A stretch of DNA of 64,000 nucleotides. It comes from Myxococcales bacterium (GTDB taxonomy: Bacteria > Desulfobacterota > Binatia > HRBIN30). How positions within the stretch are numbered: the stretch's first letter is position 1; every line of letters begins with the position of its first letter. The stretch is taken from positions 164,539-228,538 of the forward strand of contig JBBILD010000006.1 in assembly GCA_037445065.1 (NCBI GenBank), read 5' to 3'. Positions 18,967 through 29,148 of this stretch are shown piece after piece. The notes under the pieces were generated by a model. The model worked only from the letters and a program-made list of their open reading frames with translations. It searched no databases and had not been told where the DNA came from. Position numbers and translations under genes: made by a program.

Positions 18967-19622
18967 GGTTTGCCTCCCGAGAACCAGCGGTTCTCGAGGC
19001 ACTCCCGCAAGCGCAGGCGCGCCCGGTGCAACATGACGTTCAAGTTCGTTGCCGTAATCCCTAGGCTGGTACAGATCTCGTGGCTTTCGAGTCCTAAAAA
19101 CTCCCGCATCATGAAGACCCGTGCCTGGCGCGCGGGCAGATGCTCTAAGCACGCTTCGAAGACTTGCCAGAACTGTGCGTTTTGAAACGCATCTTCTGGG
19201 TCTTGCCAGGTACGAGGGCGTTCTTGAGCGAGCCAAAAGCCCTGCTGATCGAACCACTCCCCTTCTTCCTCCTCGTCCTCCCGCAGCAATTGGCTGGCCT
19301 CAACCAGTCGCTGGCGCCGGCGCAGCTCGTCCGCGACTTTGTTTTTGAGGATTGCAAACACCCACGTCTTGAATGCCGAGCGGCCGGCAAAGGTGCTCGC
19401 GTTTTTCATTGCACCAGCGAGTGCCTCCTGAACGGCGTCCTCGGCTGCCTGGGGATCGGACAGTTGCAGGGTGGCGAACTTAAGCATTTGCCGGCGCAAC
19501 TCACCGAGAAACCCCTCGTCGAGCGCCGCCACACTGGTTGCGCGAGCACTGCCTAGCGAAGGTGGCGTCCGCGTCTCATTCATTGGTTGTCCGTCGTTCT
19601 GTTCGGCCAGAGTGTCTTTCAC
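18960..19622 (-). CDS. ECF sigma-70 factor (TIGR02943-like)
   Basis: AEDAVQEAL, FKTWVFAILKNK (region 2), VFMMREFLGLESHEIC and VMLHRARLRLRECLE (region 4). GTGA overlap with the upstream oxidoreductase. Confidence 0.92.
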   Translation of the reverse strand: MKDTLAEQNDGQPMNETRTPPSLGSARATSVAALDEGFLGELRRQMLKFATLQLSDPQAAEDAVQEALAGAMKNASTFAGRSAFKTWVFAILKNKVADELRRRQRLVEASQLLREDEEEEGEWFDQQGFWLAQERPRTWQDPEDAFQNAQFWQVFEACLEHLPARQARVFMMREFLGLESHEICTSLGITATNLNVMLHRARLRLRECLENRWFSGGKPC

Positions 19623-20780
19623 GCACGGGGGCAGGGAAAAGCTGGAAGTAAACTACCGAAGGAGAAACGAGCAATAAAGCTCCTGTCCAGCGTTTCCTTC
19701 CACTTCCAGGCCAAGCGGCCTTCAAAATGCAAAGGACCCCACGCCGCGACGGCATAGCCAGGCCCGCAGCTCAGCAGAGATAGGGTCCATGCGCGCGGCT
19801 GGACCATTCGCAACGGTTCACCGCATAAAGCCGCCCGGAGGTTGTGGGCAAGGAACGACCCCGTGCGTGCAGCGTGGATGTCCGCGCCCGGCAACCTACC
19901 ACCGGCGGGCGTGCACGTCTCTCCAACGCAGAAGACGTTGGGATGCGAGACGCTGCGGTGCGAACTGTCCACGAGTACGAACCCCGCCGGGTCGAGGTCC
20001 AACCCCGATTGCCGCAGCCAGTGCGGAGGGCGCACATTCGTGGCTGCAAGAACAGTATCTGCCGCCAAGTGCCTACCGCTGCCGAGGAACACGCCGGCGG
20101 AACTGCCCACCGCGTCCTCTCGGATCCACTTGATTCCAGCCGTGCGCAACAACCGTTGGATACGGCGGCGCACGCCCTCCGGGTAGCCAGACAACAATCC
20201 TGCCTCACCGCTAATGAGCACAGTCTCGACCCCGAACGGTCCCAGTTTCTTCTGTGCGGCGAAGGCGAGTTCGACTGCATGACGTCCCTCGCCGATCACT
20301 ACGATGCGAGAAAGCGTGCCTCGCTGTGCTCTGGTGACAAGCTGCTGCCAACCCGCGCAAAAGTCGGTTGAAGGACGGAGTGCTAGCAGGCGGTTTCCGC
20401 AGGCAGCGAGGCTCGAGACATCCGTTTCCCCTTCGAGTTCGAGCGAGACCACCCCGTAGGCAAGTGTGGCGCCGCTCACGAACCGGGCTCGAGACTGCCG
20501 TGCGTCAATCGCTGCGATTCGGTCTTCGATGAAGCGGATCCTTGCCCGAGCGCATAGGGCCCGCAAATCGATCCGCCATTCTTCTTCCCGATAGTACCCG
20601 CCCATCCACTCAGGCAGCATCCCAACGGGAAACGAATACCGCGTGGGAGCCACGAGTATCACTTCCCCTGCATCGAGCGGCGTGCGGGCGAGCTGCTCGA
20701 GGACGAAGAGGTGGGCCTGCCCCCCCACCGGCCAGGAGTAGCCGTCGCCTGCCATTGTGGGTGGATTGCAGCGCCTCCAT
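19619..20780 (-). pseudogene. FAD-dependent pyridine nucleotide-disulfide oxidoreductase (resembles the domain found N-terminal to SelD), +1 frameshift in G7 tract 20720-20726
   Basis: ATG 20780 reads MEALQSTHNGRRRLLLAGGG. Deleting one G continues QAHLFVLEQL, restoring the LxGGGxAH Rossmann start. Later motifs SVSHPNVFCVGE and WKWKETLDRSFI. Confidence 0.75.
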
Positions 20781-20871
20781 GGCTGACCGGCCCGCTCGCG
20801 GGCCGGCGCGCATTCCCGTACCTGGACAGTATGCCACAGGGTGATGCCCGTGGAATCTCATCTTGTCCGCG

Positions 20872-20900
20872 TTGGTCGGACTGGGCGCACGTTTCTTACC
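20872..20900 (-). promoter_or_regulatory. Candidate autoregulated ECF-sigma promoter of the oxidoreductase-sigma-anti-sigma operon
   Basis: GGTAAG-N16-CGACCAA, 91 nt upstream of ATG 20780. Confidence 0.7.
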
Positions 20901-20971
20901 TGACGGGCAGCGTCGGTGGCATTTCCGCTGGACACGGATGTCTCCCGAGAAGGGCGATTCATGCCAGATCT

Positions 20972-22330
20972 TCAGAGGACCAGTTTGTACGCGAGACCGA
21001 ACGCGCCGCTCAGCGCAATAACTGGGATCACGCCGGCTTGCTGGCGAAAGAGCAAGTAGGTGGCGCCAAGGGCAATGCATGCTGAGGGCCAGTCGAAACG
21101 GCCGCTGAATCCATGTGGCCAAAGCACGTGGTAAGTCAGGAACAATGCCAAATACACGATCACCCCGGTTACCGCCGCAGTAACTGCCTGTAGCGGCGCC
21201 GTGAGCGTCAGATTGCCGCGCGTGGATTCGACCATAGGGCCACCCGCGAGAATGAACAGAAAAGAGGGCAGAAAGGTAAACCACGTGGCCACTAGGGCGG
21301 CGAGTGCCCCTCCTGCAAAGGTGTACTCCGGGCCGAGGAGTGCCTGCCGGTAGCCGGCTACGAAGGCGACGAAGGCCACCACCATGATCAGTGGACCTGG
21401 AGTCGTTTCGCCGAGCGCTAAGCCGTCAATCATCTCTCCAGGAGTAAGCCAGCCGTAATGGTTCACAGCGGCTTGGTACACATAGGGAAGCACCGCGTAC
21501 GCGCCCCCGAAGGTGAGCAAGGCGACCTTGGTAAAGAACCAAGTCATCTGCGTGAACATGCCACGCCAGCCGTCCGTTGCGGCCAGCCACGCCATTGGCA
21601 CCACCCAAAGCAACGCACCGGCCACCAGCACTCGGGCAAAGCTGCGCGCGCGAAAGCGGGTGTGTTCTGGTGGGGGCGTGTCCTCGTCGATCAGCGCGGG
21701 AGTAAATTGCGAGACGGCCCCATTTGTTTTTCCCAGCAATCGCTCAGGAGCCAAGCGCCAGGCCAAGTAGCCGACCACCGCCGCGCCGGTCAAAATCGCC
21801 GGGAACGGCACCTGGAGGGCGGAGATGGCCACGAAGGAGGCGGCCGAAATTGCCCAAAGCAAATGGCTGCGAAGCGTACGCGTGCCAATGCGGTAAGCGG
21901 CGTGCGCGACGATCGCGGTGACCGCCGGTTTGAACCCGTAAAAGAGCCCGGCCACAGCGGGCTGGTTGCCGAACGCAACATAGAGCCACGCTAGTAGGGT
22001 CAGGAGGATCAGCGACGGCAGGACGAACAGGGCTCCAGCAGCAATTCCGCCCCACGTGCGATGCAGTAACCAGCCAATGTAGGTGGCAAGCTGCTGGGCT
22101 TCCGGCCCGGGAAGCAGCATGCAGTAGTTCAGAGCGTGCAGAAAGCGAGGTTCGCTGATCCAACGCCTCCGCTCGACGAGTTCGGCGTGCATGATCGCGA
22201 TTTGGCCGGCTGGACCACCAAAGCTCACGAAACCAAGTTGGAGCCAGAACCGAAGCGCCTCCCGAAAGCTCACAGTCGCTGGTCGCGAGGTTGGTCCCTG
22301 GGAAGGGGGTTCCGTCGTCTGCGCTGTCAC
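20972..22330 (-). CDS. chrA: Long-chain chromate efflux transporter
   Basis: GFVSFGGPAGQIA, LPGPEAQQLA, TFGGAYAVLP, TTPGPLIMV; two CHR halves. Confidence 0.93.
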   Translation of the reverse strand: MTAQTTEPPSQGPTSRPATVSFREALRFWLQLGFVSFGGPAGQIAIMHAELVERRRWISEPRFLHALNYCMLLPGPEAQQLATYIGWLLHRTWGGIAAGALFVLPSLILLTLLAWLYVAFGNQPAVAGLFYGFKPAVTAIVAHAAYRIGTRTLRSHLLWAISAASFVAISALQVPFPAILTGAAVVGYLAWRLAPERLLGKTNGAVSQFTPALIDEDTPPPEHTRFRARSFARVLVAGALLWVVPMAWLAATDGWRGMFTQMTWFFTKVALLTFGGAYAVLPYVYQAAVNHYGWLTPGEMIDGLALGETTPGPLIMVVAFVAFVAGYRQALLGPEYTFAGGALAALVATWFTFLPSFLFILAGGPMVESTRGNLTLTAPLQAVTAAVTGVIVYLALFLTYHVLWPHGFSGRFDWPSACIALGATYLLFRQQAGVIPVIALSGAFGLAYKLVL

Positions 22331-23725
22331 ACTAGGGCCCTTGCTCGAGGATCACCGTAGCTGTGCGCGCAGGTGCTTCCACTGCAGACAGGAACCGTTC
22401 CTGTTCCGAGGCAATCTTCCATCGTCGCTTGCAACTCCTGGTGCATTGCAGGTGAGCTGGGTGCGTCAGTTGCTGCGAAGGGACTCGGGGCTTCTGTTGT
22501 GGCCCTGGACAGTCGCCGTGCGGGCCAGCCTCCGCTGCCAGAAACTCGCTGCGGCTCCTGAGGCCACGAGTAAGAGCGGCCTTTTCTCCTCCGTTAGCCT
22601 ATGTCGAGGGAGCGGTTCCCTGTTTGCCGGACCTCGTGCACGTCTCCCGTCAGCGCCTGGATCGGATGCAAACAGCTCTGCTCGTCGGAAGAGAACGCCC
22701 CACCGGGGCACGCCGATCACGTTCTTGTTCGGACCGCTCCGGCGTGTAGGCCCTGTTCGAGGGCCTACGGGACTGGTGCGGGAGCCGGTAGAGCCTCCAC
22801 GTCTCCCCGCTCTTGTGCTCCTCCCAGTTGCGAAGCTGCGGACATTGTGCTGCCGACTTGCTCGGCCACTCCTGCAAGTCTGGAAGCGCCTCTTGCCCAG
22901 CCCGTCTGTCGGCGAGCCAGAGCCGCCCGCTCACGTAGACAGCGTTCGTTTTGCGCGGCAGGTCGTCCACGGCTTTGCACAAACGAGTGCATGCTCCAAC
23001 GCTGCCTGCGTGCCGCGGGCAGCACCTGAGAGGCAGTCGCGCCGAATTCGGGTGGCGGTCGCCCCTCCGCAGCTCTACCCCGCGAAGCTCCCGATCCTTG
23101 CGGCGCAACCACACAGCCTGCCAGCTTGGCTCGCAGTGGCGGCGCACCCACCTTCGCCGCGACTGGCGGTTCCGTCGGCACACGTGCAAGCAGAAGAGCT
23201 GCCCTTACAACAATTGGCAGCCCCGGTAATTCAACGGAATCCGAACACCCACAGCACGGGGCCACGTGCCGCTGCTTGCACAGCGGGCGCGGGTACGAGA
23301 TGCCATCCAGGTTGTGTAGGGGCGACCCTTGTGGTTACCGGAGGTGCCGTTGGCAGTGCTGTTCGAACGTGCCCGCGGCGTTTATGCGACCACGCGTTGC
23401 TGGCAGCATGGTGTCCCTTCGCCGCACTCCCCTGCCCCCCGAGGCATGCTGTCACCACTACCACCAACAACGCTGAAATCGTTGCGCATGGCTCCCCGGG
23501 ATTGGACCGCAGCGCCTACCCAGGAGCGCTTTCGGCGTGAGCGGCCGAGCGCACTCCTGGCGAGTGGGCAATGAGCTGGCCGATCGCCGGCGTTTGGGGA
23601 CGCCGCTGGTGCGAGCACTTCGGTGCGGCCCAGGCTCGACCTCCGCGGCTTTGGTTCCGAAACTTCGTTGCTTGAGTTGCGTGCTAAGGGGTGTAGCGTG
23701 CCGAGTCAGGCGAGGAGGGTTGCGC

Positions 23726-25280
23726 ATGCACCCAGCCGCCGCACGGCAAAGGTGGCCTAGTAGTCGCGGGGGGCGTACTCGCGCATGCGCGTGGTTCCTC
23801 GCGGTCGTGTTCTTTTGGGCGAGCCCGGAGGCTCCATGGCTTTGGCACTCGCTGCCTGCCCGCTCGACTGCAATGAAGACGGGCTCGTATCGGAGAGCGG
23901 GTTAGCCCTTGGACTCGCCAACGTCTCTCCCCGAGCAGTGTTTGGCTGTCCCATCGCTGGCCCGCAGTCGACTCCAACGCCGACGGCGACTACGGCGTCG
24001 AGGACCTCATCCGCGGCGCCACGGCTCGCCGTCTGCAGTGCGAAGATGTGGCATCACCGGCAGGCTGGCGCGGTGCGGTCATTGACGCATTGCAGGGACT
24101 CTATCTCATCGGTGCCCAACTCCGCGCCAACCGCTGACCTCCACCGGGCACGTTGGCGTCCGACCCCTCATGGGCGTGGCTTGGGCCGGATTCTGCCACG
24201 CCGAGCCCACGCCTCAGTTCCGGTTCGTCACCACAACCTCCAATCTGCCCTGGATGCGGCCTGGCTGGCCACCGCCGAATTGTGCCTTCGACCCGCCGGC
24301 GGCGGCTTATCTCGCGGACGTGCCGCCCACCCCTACCCTCACGCGCACGCCTACCAGCAGCACACCTACCCCGGGCACGCGCACCCCCACTTGGATTGCC
24401 ACGCCCACTCGGACGGCCACGGCCACTCCCACCGGTCCCACGCCCATACGTACACCGGTTCTCTTATGCGACACTGTGGATTGCCGCGGGATCGCTCCGG
24501 ACTGCTGCCCGTGCCCTGGAGATTCCTGTCCCATTGCCGATTGGCAGGTGGAACCAATACCGCAAGTGCAAGGAGTATTTCTGCGCGCTCGATCCGTTGA
24601 GCCCGGCGTGCTTGGGCGAGTGTGGGACTTGTCCACCGAATGCTCCGTGTCTCGGCGCTCCAGCGACTGCTTGTGCGACAGCCACCTACACGCGTACGCC
24701 GGCGTGCAGCCCACGCGCACCGCCAGTCCCACTCGCACGCCCACCGGACCGACCCGTACTCCCACCGCGGCGCCACCCCCGGCGCGCATCCCCGGACTCG
24801 CTGTGCCGATCCTCGACGTATCCGGGAGCAACGGCGAGCGTGTGACCGTCGAGGCGTACTTAGTGGGCAGCGGCGGCAAGGTTGGCGGTTTGGAATTCGA
24901 CTTGCTGCTGCTGCAGGCGGCTGTAGCGCCAGTGGCTGTGTCGGAACAATCGGCGGACAGCGTCCTGCAAGCAGCCTTTCTCTCCACCCACCGCTTGCCT
25001 CTAGTCGCGCCCCCGATCACCCGCTCGCTGGATTCGACCGGGTGCCGGTGCTGGTGGCGGACCGCAACGTGACCGACCGACTGCGCGACGAAACGCAGAT
25101 GTTGAGCGACGGTGTGGTGGTGACCTGCACTCTGACCATCCTCACCAACGCGCCTAGGGGCGGCCACCCGTTGCGCGTGGATCGGGCGCGAGCAGGCGAT
25201 GAGCGCGGCACTTCCCTGTGGCCCTTCCGGGGCAGGCGACGCTGTGGGTGGGGGGCTGTTCGGGGAGCTGCTGCTCAAAG
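23726..25280 (+). pseudogene. Heavily frameshifted secreted protein: dockerin-like pair, Thr/Pro linkers, Cys-rich segment, cohesin-like domain
   Basis: AGGAGG RBS and ATG 23726 with a signal-like segment. CPLDCNEDGLVS and DSNADGDYGVEDLIRG lie in different frames. TPT-rich tracts, then VSGSNGERVTVEAYL...GGLEFDL and DGVVVTCTLTIL in shifting frames. End is approximate. Confidence 0.6.
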
Positions 25281-25291
25281 GAGGCGCCACC

Positions 25292-26354
25292 ATGAGGCCG
25301 ATGTTGTTCGGCACATACAGAACAACCGAACCCGCACCGCCTGCCTGGCTTGCAGCGCTGCTCGCGGCAGCCGTTGTTCAGGCTCGTGGGGCCTGGGGCC
25401 AGTTCGTACTCGAGGAAAGGTGGGACTTCCGGTACCCAGGCCCAGGCTATGTCATCGAGCGCACGGCCTGGTATGCGGTCTACCCGGTCAAAACCAGAGA
25501 TGCCATTGGTCCGCCTGGAGGCAGTGCGATGATTTCCGTTGCAGTGCGCCCGACATTGCGCTGTTGCGACTCAGAGCCGCAAGCGTTCTGGGAGGGGTGG
25601 TTTTCTCTCCGCTTCGCGGGTCTCGAGGGCTTGGGTTCCCCGTTGCAGCGCAGCTTTATCCGGCGCGGCCTGCGGTGAGCCGTGCTGCCCGATTCTTTGC
25701 AAGTCGTCCCGGACCGAGGGTCTGGATGGCGTCTTCTCCCTCCCCGTTGGGGTGGGTTTCGGTTCATTCCGGCCAAGGTTCCGGATATCCAGGTCCGGGA
25801 ATGGCTCAGGGGGCTGAGAGCCCCTGGTCGCCCTGAGTCAGCGCCATGCGAGAGGATCGTGGTTTGGTTTTACGTTGGGCTTCAACTGTTGCTTGAAGGC
25901 GAGTCGGGCCCATTCGCAACGGACCCGATTCCGATTCACGAGTGGCCCGAGGGGGCCCTCGGGCCTGCCGTTTTTCGCGCCTGAGGATTCGGCGGTGTGC
26001 TGTGGCTTCTTTGTGCCTGCTACTGCCCGCCCAGGGACGTACCCGGCAGAGTGCGCGGGCAACGAAGAAGGGATCCTGCTGCCGCCGGAGTGTGGCGGCT
26101 GCCAACGGGGCGCTTTGCACGTGGTGCCGTGCGTGGCCGACTGCAACCGCGACGGGCAGGTGACCGTGGAGGAACTGGTGCGCGCGGTGGGCGTGGTGGT
26201 GGGCAGGGAGCGTTACGAAGGCTGCGCTGCTGCCGATGGCAACGAAGACGGGGCGGTCGCCTTGGATGAGGTGGTGCGTGGCGTGCGCAACGTGCTGACG
26301 AGCTGCCTGCAGACCTGGATGGAAGCGCACAACGCCCCTCTAGAGGTGCCGTGA
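25292..26354 (+). pseudogene. Secreted protein with C-terminal dockerin-like domain; in-frame TGA at 25676-25678 and a frameshift near 25950-25980
   Basis: AAAGGAGG RBS and signal peptide. ORFs 25199-25678 and 25682-25984 are in the same frame. C-terminus CVADCNRDGQVTVEELV...ADGNEDGAVALDEVV. Confidence 0.65.
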
Positions 26355-26944
26355 TGAGGTTCTCGGCTCGGCTCTCGAGCGTGCTGATCGCTGTCTTGCT
26401 TGCACCGCCCACGGTGCGGTTTGCCGCTGCCATTGACTCCACTGGGGTGCTCAAAGCGACCATTCATCCTGCGGCGGCTCGCGCCGGGGGTGAGGGCGAC
26501 CTGCTGTTTTCGCTTGCCTCTCCCGACGAATCCTGGGAAGGCAAGCGGCTGCGGGGACTGCTGAACTGGCCTCGTGCTGGCGGCAGAGAGCCCAGCCACC
26601 CGTGGTGGTGGGTGCGCAAGGCAGAAAACGGCGTGCCCGACGGCGAGCCCTGGGACGCTGCTGCCTTTACCGAGTTCGAGGTTCGGTTCCACCCGCCAGG
26701 TTGTAGGGAGGGGGTGAATCGCTTCGCGATGACCTTGCGCGGCGAAGTGCACCGCGCGCCGGAACCTCCCATCGTGCGCTGCCGCATCGCGGTGGCGCCA
26801 ACCCGTTCTCCAGGCGAGTACGTGCACTAAACGGGTTGCCCGTTCGGTGCTGCACTCTGCCGGGTGGGCTACCTCTGGCGCCAGTGGTTGGAGGAACCGT
26901 GCGTGCGGATCCCGGGGCGTTTCCCTCTGCGGGTGGAGCCATGA
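26351..26944 (+). pseudogene. Secreted cohesin-like hypothetical protein with probable premature TAA at 26828-26830
   Basis: Signal peptide and start overlapping the previous stop. The frame stays open for 37 codons past the TAA and ends in an ATGA overlap with the next gene (26941-26944). Confidence 0.5.
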
Positions 26945-27447
26945 AGCGCATGACCTGGCTAGCGCGCGCCAACCTATTGCGTGTGCTCCGCTTGTTCGCC
27001 GTCGTCTCCGCTACCACTGCTGTGCTCGCCTTCCTGGCCGCTGCCTTGCCTCCCCTCTCGGTTGCACTGCTGCCGACCTCGCTGGCCTTGCGCGGGAGCT
27101 TGGAGGAGGCCGTTGGCAACGAAGGGCAGACTGGGGCTCCGGACCGGCGGTTGCAGTGGAGCTTCGTTGGCCAGCGCCAAGGCCACGCGTTGCATGGTAA
27201 GTGGCTCATACTCGGCCATCCGAGTTGGAACAGTTTGGCAGTGGAAGCCGCCGTCCTTCCTGAGGTTGTCGAGGGCTTGCTCATGGGCGCGGGTGGCGAG
27301 GTGGTCGGGAAGTTGTCCGGCCGCTGGAGTACTTCGGGGGCAGAGGGCACCTACGAGCTCTTGAGCGGCGAGGCGGGTAGCTGGAATTGGCCCTCGGCGG
27401 CGCCCGACACACCACCGACGGCCGAGAAAGAGCCCGCGCTGGCATGA
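26941..27447 (+). CDS. Hypothetical membrane-anchored/secreted protein
   Basis: ATG after GGTGGAG, N-terminal hydrophobic segment, Gly/Trp-rich beta-type C-terminus (GRWSTSGAEGTY...GEAGSWNW). Confidence 0.5.
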   Translation: MKRMTWLARANLLRVLRLFAVVSATTAVLAFLAAALPPLSVALLPTSLALRGSLEEAVGNEGQTGAPDRRLQWSFVGQRQGHALHGKWLILGHPSWNSLAVEAAVLPEVVEGLLMGAGGEVVGKLSGRWSTSGAEGTYELLSGEAGSWNWPSAAPDTPPTAEKEPALA

Positions 27448-27538
27448 GCGAGCGGAAGTCGCTGGGCGAGGCCCTCGGTCCCGGAGTGCGCGCGGGGCAC
27501 CACCCGTGCGACCCGAACCCAGCAGAGGGCGATTCGGG

Positions 27539-28376
27539 ATGTGGCCTTACCTAGGCGGAGTTCCGGCATATTACGCCGCCTGGGTCGCCGCGGCGGCGGC
27601 GTTCCTGGGGTGGGGCTACCGGGCTTAGCGGTGCAGCACCGCTCGGAGCCTGCCTCGCTTTTTATTGCCGCTATCGCTGGTGTGCGCAGTGCTGCTCGGG
27701 ACAAAGGCGGCTTACGGATTGGAGCGATCGCACGGGCTGAGCACCATGCCCTTTGCCGCACCTGAGTGGTGGTCCGGTTTTCGCCTGCCCGCCGGGAGTG
27801 TGCTCGCGCCCTGTTGCTTTTGTGTTGGGGCTCGCCTGGCGGCGCTTCCGTTCGGCACCGTTGCCGATGCGCTCTCGGTACCGGCATGGGCGAGCGTGGC
27901 ACTGCTCCAAGTCGGCTGTTTGCTCAATGGCTGCTGCTTCGGGCGCTCGAGCTCTCTCCCGTGGGCGGTCTGCTTGTATGGGCACACACAACCTTTCTGC
28001 TGCACGCCAAACTGGGCTGGGTTGCCAGCAGCCAACCTTCTACTGCCCCAGCTCACCCGCTGCCCTTGTACTTTGCTGCGCTCGCCCGGCTCGCTGCGGT
28101 AACCTCTAGCTTCTAAAGGTCTCGGTGGGGCGGCCTGGTGCTCGGTTCCTGACCGCGCTGTGCGTGTACGGTTCGGGTGCCGCGTTTCTGGAGCCGTTGC
28201 GCCCGCTCTGGTTGTGGCCGAACCTCGTTTTCTGCACTGTCCTGAGTGTGGCCAGTGCCGCTGCGCTCGTGAACTTGCACGGCGAAGATCGCGCCGCCCG
28301 GCGTGCTCGACCAGTGGCTCCGCTGTCCAGCGGGAGGGGCCACGATTCGAAGAGAACCGCACCCACGCCCGGGTAG
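27539..28376 (+). pseudogene. Prolipoprotein diacylglyceryl transferase (Lgt)-like remnant
   Basis: MWPYLGGVPAYY start, in-frame TAG 27626-27628, QVGCLLNGCCFGRSSSLPWAV (Lgt RxGCxxxGCCxG signature), and PGARFLTALCVYG...FLEPLR in another frame. Confidence 0.7.
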
Positions 28377-29079
28377 GCTCGAAGCTTGCCAGTTCGAGGC
28401 GCGACGCTGGGCTCTCGTCGCGGCTCAAGGCGGAGCAGGCGATCAGGGGTGTGTGATGACCGGACCACTGCGACTAGTCGCTTACGTGTAAGTCGTGCCG
28501 CGCGTGCGTGCGCTAGCGGGTGCACGGCGAAGGTTTCGGAAGACCACCGGCTGGGCGAAGAAAACCCCCGTTGCGGGTGTTCATGGAGAGCGGTAACGGC
28601 GACCCTCGCGCTCCGCTCGCTTGACTCCGTCCTCACTGTGCCTCTGCGGTCCACGCCTCCAGGACCTGTGATGTGCCGCCCTCACAAGCGCGCAGGAAAT
28701 TGTCGTGGGAAGGCAACGAAGTCCTATCAAACGACCGAAATCTTGCCGCGCTTCCTTTGCGCTTTCTGCCCCTCTTGGCGGCCTTCCCCTCGCTCCTGGA
28801 CTACCTACCAGCCCTGGATCCTTGTCGGCGGAAGGTTTCCCACACTGCGCCTCCGGTCGAGGGCCGAACTCGGCCGCAGAAACTGCCCTCGATCGGGCTC
28901 ATGCGAGAGGGCCGCGAGCAAGGCCGGGTGCGAGGAACGAGCCATTTGCTCTGCACCCCCCGTCCGCCACCAGATCGCCTCTGGCCCGCTCATCTTGGGG
29001 ATCGTTCTCCCGACCTTTCCGCACAACAAAGGGAAAAGACTGGCGTGCAACCCCGCGAGTCGCTTCCGCGTGCGGTTTA

Positions 29080-29108
29080 TGTAACAAGGACTTCGCGCGT
29101 GCGACCAA
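29080..29108 (+). promoter_or_regulatory. Candidate ECF-sigma promoter of the TVP38/MerA-like operon
   Basis: TGTAAC-N16-CGACCAA, 40 nt upstream of ATG 29149. Confidence 0.7.
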
Positions 29109-29148
29109 GCGGGCATGACTAACGGAGCGGGTCGCGCTGGGAAGAACG

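Noticed and set aside
22191..23540. 449-aa plus-strand ORF
   Set aside because: No recognisable motifs, Arg/Pro/Ala-rich composition and overlap with chrA; typical of spurious ORFs in GC-rich DNA.
25676..25678. TGA recoding (Sec or Trp) in the secreted-protein gene
   Set aside because: Neighbouring genes carry TAA/TAG stops and frameshifts, and TGA is the normal stop across the window; decay explains it better.
28377..29079. Gene remnant upstream of TVP38
   Set aside because: Several overlapping short ORFs with no motif I can assign.
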